This document shows, in pieces, positions 48,302 to 64,000 of a stretch of 64,000 nucleotides of DNA. Origin of the DNA: the human T2T-CHM13v2.0 reference genome, Homo sapiens. The DNA is taken from NCBI RefSeq assembly GCF_009914755.1, contig NC_060943.1, one strand, 5' to 3'. Position 1 is the first letter of the stretch, and every line of letters starts with the position of its first letter. The position numbers were made by a program, and so were the translations under genes. The notes below the pieces were generated by a model that made no database searches, was not told the origin of the DNA, and was given only the letters and a program-made list of their open reading frames with translations.

Positions 48302-49152
48302 TCAAGAAGCGAGGCATGCTGGGGACAGTCACTGCCACACGCTGCAGGCTGATAATTGGGACACCTGCAGCATGGCTGGAGAGCAATGGCAGGGCACGCT
48401 GGGCTTGCCAGAGAGGTTTTTTGTGTGTTTGTTTGTTTGTTTGTTTGTTTGTTTTTGAGACAGAGTTTTGCTCGTCACCCAGGCTGGAGTGCAACCTCCG
48501 CCTCCCGGGTTCAAGCAATTCTCCTGCCTCAGCCTCCCAAGTAGCTGGGATTACCCGCACGTGCCACCCCATCCGGCCAATCGTTTTGCATTTTTAGTAG
48601 AGATGGGGTTTCACCATGTTGGCCAGGTCGGTCTCGAATTCCTGACCTCAGGTGATCCGCCTGCCTCAGCCTCAGCCTCCCAAAGTGCTGGGAAGGAGTC
48701 CCCAAACCATGAAGGATGGGAAGGTGCCCCAGCTGCCTTGCGCATGGGTAGGACCTCTCTCAGGTGTGAACTCCCTGAGGTCAGACACTTACAAGAACCC
48801 ATTGCCCCCCGAGATCTCCTGCTCGTTGGTGCCCCCTGCAGGGTTCCTTCCCTCCCTGACTTACCACCCCAGCTCCGTCCTGGGGTCACTTCCTGGATAA
48901 CCCACATAACCTGAAATCCTCATCCTCAGGTCTGTTTATGGGGAAACCCACATGAGGCTGGGTGTGGAGAAAAGCCAGTATCCTCGCCCCTAAGTGGGGC
49001 CACACTGAGCTGCATGCTCGACATTGTCCCCAGTGGCCCCAGGATGGGCTGAGCCCCTTGCCCACAGCATTGGCTGCTCAACGGCATCTCCTTCAGGACT
49101 CCTGCCATCCCTGTCTCAAGTCCTTGCCCCTCACCAGGACTTTCTGGGGTCA

Positions 49153-49728
<576 letters not shown>

Positions 49729-49909
49729 CTACTCATCAACCGGGGGGACTCAGGTGTCACCCCCTGAAGCCGGTTTCCTACCTGCTTTCTGTACCCCCCA
49801 CCCAGACCCTTCACCCTTCCACCTCCTCTCGGAGCCATGCTCCTCTGAGTCGCCATGTCCCTGCGTCCTGCCCTTCTCTGCCCCGCACCCCTTGGAGTCC
49901 CCACTGGTT

Positions 49910-50250
49910 TTTGGAGCCCCACCCCTCTAAGGCCTCTTCCCTAAGCCCCACCCCTCTGAGTCCCCGCCCCCTCTGCGTCCCACCCCTCTGAATCTCCGCC
50001 CCCTCTCTGAGTCCCACCCCTCTGAGTCCCGCTGCCTCTCCGAGCCCCACTCCTCTGAATCCCCTCCTCGTCTCTGATCTCCACCCCTGCGAGTCCCCTC
50101 CACATTCCTGAGCCCCTTCCATCTCTCAGACCCCTCCCTTTCTCTTGGTCCCACCTCCTCTGAGTCCCCTCCCCCTTCCAATCCCCCCCTCCACAGTCCT
50201 CTCGCAGTCTGAACCCCTTCCCTCTCTGAGCCCCTCTTCCTCTCAGAGCT
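49910..50250. repeat. C-rich degenerate minisatellite (cccctctgagtccc unit) in intron 16
   Basis: Recurring cctctgagtccc/cctctgaatccc; G-tract rich on the transcript strand. Confidence 0.8.
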
Positions 50251-50576
50251 ACCCCTAGCTAACCCATTTTATCCAGGGGAGCTGCCTCTTCTCACTAAGC
50301 CTGTCCTTTGCACAACCTAGCTAGTCCCTGAGCCCTGCCCCACCCCTCTCTGACACCCTCACAGCTTCTTTCCCCACCCCTCGACCCCCTAGCCCTTCCA
50401 CCAGGGAGTCCTGCGCCTTTAACCCCACCCCTCCCTTTCAGCGAGTCCCTCCCCTGCCTCACGACGCCCCGCCCCTTGCCCCGCCCCATGGTGCCCCACC
50501 CATCGCCTTGCCCTTCAGCCTTTCCCCGCCATGCAAGCCCCGGGGCTCCCCACGCCAACCCGTGGCCCTGCGCTCA

Positions 50577-51023
<447 letters not shown>

Positions 51024-51026
51024 CTA

Positions 51027-51152
<126 letters not shown>

Positions 51153-51498
51153 TCACAGAAGAGGGAGTCGGGGGGGTTGACATCCATGAGATCACCACCA
51201 GGAGAGTTCACAGCCACGGATGGGGCCAGCAGCCACATTTTGGAGCCACAACCGCAAGTTGGAAACAGGTCACCGACAGCATCCGGGCCAGACCCAACAA
51301 AGAATTAGGAGGTGACAGAGGCTTTGAGTTAGAAGGGACCCTGGAAAGTGAGCAGCCCCGCACCCCTGACTCACAGCATCCAACACAGTGGGACATGGCA
51401 AGGTTCCCCCATAATCCATGAATTGGGGGCCTGTTAGAAGATCCCAGTGGGGGAGTTTGGGGAGAAGATCCCAAGAGGCCCATGTCGCCATCACTCAC

Positions 51499-51504
51499 CA
51501 TGGC
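51499..51504 (-). CDS. UNC13A: UNC13A exon 14, 6-nt microexon (Ala-Met)
   Basis: cttcag|GCCATG|gtgagt; supplies AM in SDL-AM-SLV of Munc13-1; TGCTGC upstream of the acceptor. Confidence 0.9.
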
Positions 51505-51623
51505 CTGAAGTGTCCACGCAGCACATGGGGGTAGAAATCAGACTACATTAGTCTCAGAGAATGCCTAGCTGGCCCCCAACCCCAGGTTGACCATGGGCAG
51601 TTCCACAGGTTGTGCACTGCTTA

Positions 51624-51785
<162 letters not shown>

Positions 51786-51832
51786 CTATTCCTCACATAG
51801 AGCCCTGGGGAGAACATTCAACCTCCCCCAGG

Positions 51833-52564
<732 letters not shown>

Positions 52565-52692
52565 TCAGGAGGTTGAAGCAGGATAATTGCTTGAACCAGG
52601 AGGCAGAGGTTGCAGTGAGTCGAGATCACGCCACTGCAATCCAGCCTGGGTGACAGAGCGAGACTCTGTATCAAAAATAAAATAAAATATAG

Positions 52693-53004
<312 letters not shown>

Positions 53005-53007
53005 TAG

Positions 53008-53298
<291 letters not shown>

Positions 53299-54783
53299 TG
53301 ACCAGGCTGGTCTCAGACTCCTGACCTCAGGTGATCAACCGCCTCGGCCTCCCAAAGTGCTGGGATTACAGGCATGAGCCACTGCACCCGGCCCACACAT
53401 AGCTAATTTAAAAAAAAATTCTTTTGTAGAGATGGGGGTCTCGCTATGTTGCCCAGGCTGGTCTTGAACTCCTAGCCTCAAGTGATTCTCCTGCCTCAGC
53501 CTCCCAAATAGCTGGGATTACCAGCATGCACCACCACACCTGGCTAATTTTTTGTATATTTTAGTAGAGACGGGATTTTGCCATGTTGGCCAGGCTGGTC
53601 TTGAACTCCTGACGTCAGGCGATCCACCTGCTTCAGCCTCCCAAAGTGTTGGGATTACAGGCGTGAGCCACCACGCCTGGCCCGGAAAAGGTTTTCACTG
53701 GCCAGTGAGATAGGTGCCTGCAGCCAATGACTCCAGACAAGCCCTGCAGGGCTATTCAACCTACAAAGCTTTCTGCAGGAGCCAACTGAGGCTTAGAGAC
53801 TCCTAAACCACATCTTTTCTCGGCAGCCTCCCCTTGTCTGACAGGTTTCTCCCGAGAGCACATCCTTCATAAATCACGTGCACAGGAATCCCCATTTCAG
53901 GCCCCGCATCCAAGGCTCTCTAGCTAGGGTACCTGCTCATTTATTTAGGAGTCCCAGCTGCCGTCTCCCTGCCTGTTTGCCAAGGACGTACAAGGAAGGT
54001 CACTATCGTGCTGCTATTTTAAAACCTGAGCATATTTTTAAAATATCTTGTGCATCCTCTAACCTGAAAATCCATAACATAAGAGGTTAGACATGACCAC
54101 ATTCTCCACTGAAGACTAAACAACTATCTTTAATTAAAGAGCCCACAACTGTAGCAATAATCAAAGAGATTTAAAAATAGAATCAACGCAAAAATTTTGC
54201 TCCAGGATTACAAATATATAGTGTACATTTCCCAATAATGTCTAGTTCCTCATAGTCTCTGCTTTATCTTACATTTATTTATTTATTTGTTTGTTTATTT
54301 TTGAGACAGTGTCCCGCTCTGTCTCCCAGGCTGGAGTGCAGTGGTGCAATCTCAGCTCACTACAACCTCTGCCTCTCGGGTTCAAGTAATTATCTTGCCT
54401 CAGCATCCCAAGTAGCTGGGATTACAGGCGCCTGCCAGCATGCCCAGCTAATTTTTGTGTTTTTAGTAGAGACAGGGTTTCACCATGTTGGCCAGGCTGG
54501 TTTCGAACTCCTGACCTCAAATGATCCTCCCGCCTCGGCCTCCCAAAGTGCTAGGATTACAGGCATGAGCCACCGCACCCCGCCCTGTCTTCAAAGATTA
54601 CTGTCTTTTGTGTCTGCGTATGGCTGTGTGCCTTATGAAAGTGACGTATTTTGCCCAAGCTCAATCTGTCCCCTGTCTAAATGGAACCCCTCCTCCTCCT
54701 CTCTGGGCTGAGGCTCAGGCGCAAACCAGCCTTGGACTTGGGGTTCAAATCTTCCTCCCACCGCTCACAGTTTCATTACTTAC

Positions 54784-54830
54784 CCGCCTTTGAACCATAG
54801 GGATTTAGACATCTCTCCTTCTCCCCGGGC
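54784..54830 (-). CDS. UNC13A: UNC13A exon 12 (ARGEGEMSKSLWFKG), 47 nt
   Basis: ctgcag|GCCCGG ... GGCGG|gtaagt; not in the ORF track, found by reading. Confidence 0.94.
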
Positions 54831-55482
54831 CTGCAGGACAGACAGACAGATATGGTCAGTGTGGCTGTCCCTCCCCTCCCCAGAGCAGGCTCCACACCCA
54901 CTTCTGACTCCCCTCTGGGCTGGGAGTCAGATGGCCTGGGTCCTAGTCCTGGCTGAGTGATTTTAGGAAGCTCCGTGGCTATCTCTGGGCCTTAGTTTGT
55001 CCATCTGTAAGATGGGCTGGGGGAGAAAGAAGCTCTTCTCTTTCAACCACCTCAATGGACCTCAGTCTCTTCATTGATTATTCCCTAAACCCCCTATAGT
55101 CTCACTTGTTCATCTGCTCTCTTGCCTCGGGCTCTTTCCAGGAGTTGTGACTTCAGCTTGTACCTCTTCCCACCTTCTGCAGCCAACCAGCCTCTATTTA
55201 TCATTCGGGTCTCAGCATAGACGTGGGGTCCACAGCCCCTACCTTCCCTCCATCTTGTAACTAAAGGGTTAACATGGGGGGAGGGGTGGCCCTATGAGGA
55301 ACACAGGCAGCACTCTTCTGTTCTGAAATATTGAGGGGGTGTTTGGTTTTTTTTTAAAGACAGGGTCTTGCTATATTGCCCAGACTGGTCTTGAACTCCT
55401 GGCCTCATGTGATCTTCCTGCTTCAGCCTCCTGAGTAGCTGGGACCACACACACAAGCCACCACACTCAGCTCCTGAAATAA

Positions 55483-55802
<320 letters not shown>

Positions 55803-55937
55803 TGAAATATTTTTTATTTTTTTCTTTTAGAGATGAGGTCTCACTACGTTGCCCAGGCTGGTCTCAAACTCCTGAGTGCAAGTGAGCCTCCCGCCTCGAC
55901 CTCCCAAATTGCTGGGATTACAGGCATGAGCTCCTGA

Positions 55938-56216
<279 letters not shown>

Positions 56217-57165
56217 TGATCCACCCACCTCGGCCTCCCAAAGTGCTGGGATTACAGGCTTGAGCAACCACGCCCGGCCATCACTTCTCCTTAAGTGTCA
56301 TCTCCTCCAGGGAGTTTTCCTGATTGCCTTGGATTAGTTTTATGCTTTTCCTATGAAACCCAGAGAGCCTTCCATGTGTCTTTTTCTTGTCATATTACTA
56401 GTTCCATAGTTTGTTTTTCTTGTATATCACATAGTTCCAATAGTAGCTGCTATTTTTTCAATTTAATTTCTTGACCTAGTGGAAGTTATCCAACAGCCTT
56501 TTCACTGTGTCCTCTTCCACCTGTCTCATTTAGAACCATATGTATGTACTGCTGAGTCAAAAAATAGATTTCTATTTTAAAACTGTTAAGAAATTTCGTT
56601 TGGTAATTTTGTGGCTCTGATATTTGATGGTCTAAACCTTTGGGAGTCTGTTTAGAATCTCCTCCTGCCAATCCCACTGCAGTTTGGAGGGTAACTCTGA
56701 AGAGCAACACAGCTGTCCCCAGCCCAGGGTGAGCTGAATGAAGGAATAAACGAATGGCCTCAACCCTGCTGCCCATCTAAACAGTCAGCTTGCCCCTGAT
56801 GCTGATTGCTTCCCTTGATTCCTACTCCCCTACTGAGCCGGCCCCAGACCTTTCCCTAACCCTGACAATGACCTCCAATTTGGCCCTAAGCACTGACCCC
56901 TTTGCCTAACACCAATTCTAACCCTGACCTCTGATCTTTGATGGCTGAACTAACCCTGACCTTGATCCCTAACCATGACTTCAGCCCAGTTTCAGCCCTA
57001 GTTTTCTCTCCTCCCTCTAGATCTAGAAACCCCAGGCTGACATTGGGAAGGAGGCTGGGCTGGGGATGTGTGGGGCCAGACTTGGTGCATGGTTTGGGAG
57101 TTAGCATAGCCAGGCTGGTGTGGACGGGCCATGGGGATACCCTGGGCTGTGTGTGTATGTGGCTA

Positions 57166-57696
<531 letters not shown>

Positions 57697-58034
57697 TCAC
57701 CCCTTCCCACACACCCAATGCTTCTGTGACACTTCACTGTTCCTCGGCTTCCTTTTCACCAGCCCAGCCCCTCTGGCCCCCCATTTGCCCAGGATCTTGA
57801 CCTCTCCGACCCCAGCAACCACTAAGATCACAAACTCTAAGTCTCCTTCACGGCCCCTTGAACCCTCTTTGACCTCCCTACTCTGCCCTGTCACCTCTGA
57901 TCCCTTTAAGAAACCCAAGAGCCTGTGACAACTTCAGCCCCAGCAACTTCCCAGGTCCACGCTGACCCCATCATAGCCCTGCTGACCCTGTGACCTTGTG
58001 GCAGCCCCTCTGGCCCCTTGGCCCCGTCCTGTTA

Positions 58035-58571
<537 letters not shown>

Positions 58572-58616
58572 TCAGGGACTGGGGTACCGAGTCACTGCCC
58601 ACCTGAGCCCCAGTCA

Positions 58617-59003
<387 letters not shown>

Positions 59004-59754
59004 TCAAAAAAAAAAAAAAAAAAAAAAATTCCCACTTTTGTGGCATTTGCGGTCTGTGGGGGACAGGCAATTGACTGTGCTGGGAACTCAGGGTCAGCGC
59101 CATCACCACAGCCCCGCAGCAGGTCTCCTGGCCTCCACCTGGAAAAAGTATGGGAAATGCATCCACTTCCCCGTACCCCGGGCCCCAACCCAGGCCAGCC
59201 TCTGCTGTCTCTACCAGATGCTGTCTCCACAGTTCCTGCTTCCCTTGGAAGCCACAGGGAATTGTAAATCCAATCACCTCCCTCCCCTGCTCTAAATCCT
59301 ACCATGGCTCCCTAGTGCCTTGGAATAAAATCTGTGCTAGCCCTGTGTGGCCCATACGCTCCAAACTCCCCCTGCATACCTCCCTCCACTTCTCCCCGCC
59401 TCCTCCATTCCGGCCACGCTGGCCACCTCGTTGTCTCTCCAACACCATAAACCTGTGCACTTGCCGTGGTCTCTTCCTTGTCTGCTTTATCTAGCAAACT
59501 CCTACCCACCCTCTGGTACCCACTGAAACATCACTTACTTGTGCAAATGCCCCCCACTGTCTGGCCAGGTCAGGCCCTCTGTTATGTGCTGCTTATGTGA
59601 ACCCAGGATCGTGCTCAACGTCAACAGCAATATCTGTCTCTGTCTAAATACAGGCAGGGGGACATAGGGGCCACCACTCAGCCCTCTTCTAACCATTCAC
59701 TTAGTCATTCAACGAACCTTATCATTTCCCGATTAGATACCTCCTCCAATCTTA

Positions 59755-60207
<453 letters not shown>

Positions 60208-60210
60208 CTA

Positions 60211-60528
<318 letters not shown>

Positions 60529-61298
60529 TTACTAGTATGGATAAAGAATTGTGGGTCATGTTAATAGAGATATAGGCTTCAGAACAAGGGAGGTGAAAAC
60601 CCTGCTTTGCTTTATGTGGGTCAAATTGGACCTAAAGTCTAGGGGCTAGGGTAGGACCTACAATGTGAAGAAAACAGGGACAGAGTAGAGGGCATCCTTC
60701 AGCTCAAATGTGAAGAACAACTTTGCTGAAGGTCAGGATCTCTGAAAATGACATGGGATTTTTTTTCCACTGAGCAGTTAGTTTCCCATAACAGGAGTCA
60801 CACAGACAGTCAGGGGGAAGTTGGAAGAAGATCAGGAGTTCAAAGTGGATGGAACGCTCTTTAACCCTTAGAGATTTCCTGATATCTGAGGGTGACGACC
60901 CCAGACCTGAACTTAACAAATATGCAAGAACCAAGAAGATGCTGAGACATGGTTCTGTCTTTTTCAAAAAGGATTAGATTCTTAGCTTGGCAAAGCCACC
61001 ACACACTTGGAATCTATTGCTAAAATGGAATGTGGTAGAGTTGCCAAACTTCATGTTTAATAAGAACTAAAAGATATTTTGGTTTAGTTTGGTTTCCTTA
61101 GAAAAAAGAACAGTTTGTTTTCTAAATCCTAAAAAAAAAAATTCCAATTCTAAAAGCAACATGTCTGGGTGGTGGCATAATTGGGGATTGTACATTTTCT
61201 TCTTTATTCTTTTCTGTACCTTCTGAAAAAAAAGATTTCAATAATGCAATCTTTTTAATTTTTTAACTAAAAAGAATGATAAAGTTATCTTTATTTTA

Positions 61299-61770
<472 letters not shown>

Positions 61771-61995
61771 TTAGCTGGGCGTGGTGGTGGGCGCCTGTAG
61801 TCCCAGCTATTCGGGAGGGTATGGCAGGAGCATTGCTGGAGCCCAGGAGGTCGAGGTAGCAGTGAGCTATGATTACGCCTCTGCACTGCAGTCTGGGTGT
61901 CAGAATGAGACCCTGTATCCAGAAAAAAAGAAAAAGTAGTCCATGAAGAAAACATGAGAAGTACGGGTAAGGGGAAGAGGATGTAAAAAAATTAA

Positions 61996-62265
<270 letters not shown>

Positions 62266-62644
62266 TGATCTTGAACTCCTGGGCTCAAGCGATCCTCCCG
62301 CCTCAGCTTCCCAAAGTGCTGGGATTAGCCGTGAGCCACCTCGGCCGGCCAGCATTCTTTCTATCCAATTGTCCTTGACCGGGCTGAGATGTTTCCAGCC
62401 AAATTGCATGAGGCTGTGCACATGTTTACCCAGTTTTTTTTTTCCTGACAAATTATCTGCTTATGAAGGGTAAATTACTTTGAGTTGGATTCTTTTTGCT
62501 TTTGCCCAGGCTCTGCTTTCTACTAAGTAGCTCTTGACTAAATTGCCTGCTTCTGGCTATTTTCAACCACTTTTGTTTTAACCCAACGGTCTGTTTTCGG
62601 TTCAATTGTCTTTCCTTTTTGACCCAATTATCTATCAGCTTTAG

Positions 62645-62962
<318 letters not shown>

Positions 62963-63149
62963 TGAGCTGCCACGCCTGGTCTATCTTTGCTTTTGACCGT
63001 ACTGTTCGTTTGTGGCAAGTTGGTTGTTATCGAGCTTGCCCTGTCTGCCAAGCATTCATTTTGGCAAAATTGATTTTATTTATTTATTTTAATCTATTTA
63101 TTTTTTAGAGACAGGGTCTCACACTGTTGCCTAGGCTGAAGTCTAGTAG

Positions 63150-63278
<129 letters not shown>

Positions 63279-63349
63279 TAGAGATGGAGTCTTGCTCTGT
63301 TGCCCAGGCTGATTTCAGACTTTGGAGCTCAAGCGTCCCTCCCGCCTCA

Positions 63350-63940
<591 letters not shown>

Positions 63941-64000
63941 TTAGGGCATGGATCTGGTCTGTGGCCTGTTAGGAGCTGGGGCGCACAGCAGGAGGTGGGC

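Overview
Human (primate) genomic DNA, very rich in Alu elements. It holds the 3' three quarters of UNC13A (Munc13-1) on the minus strand: exons 9-44 in the usual 44-exon numbering. I placed every exon by hand at AG/GT boundaries, and the reading frame is continuous through the acidic linker, CaM-binding helix, C1, C2B, MUN and C2C domains to the TAG at 8296-8298. A 3' UTR of about 4.7 kb ends near an ATTAAA at 3598-3603. Intron 20 contains the known TDP-43-repressed cryptic exon (128/178 nt). This haplotype appears to carry the ALS/FTD risk alleles at all three linked sites: the exonic SNP, the intronic SNP and a 10-copy CATC repeat. Less expected observations: (1) a candidate 6-nt poison microexon (CGTGAG) just before the C2C exons; (2) a 57-nt cassette exon with a ~168-nt AG-free zone and a distant branch point; (3) an intronic tandem array of PBX/MEIS decamers and CRE palindromes; (4) an intronic cluster of nuclear-receptor half-sites forming perfect DR1, DR3 and DR5 elements; (5) a nested MER41/Alu/deleted HERV-H insertion downstream of the gene. 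Gene identity, exon numbers, SNP identities and repeat families are recognised from memory, not from a database search. Most ORFs in the supplied track are Alu or microsatellite artefacts.
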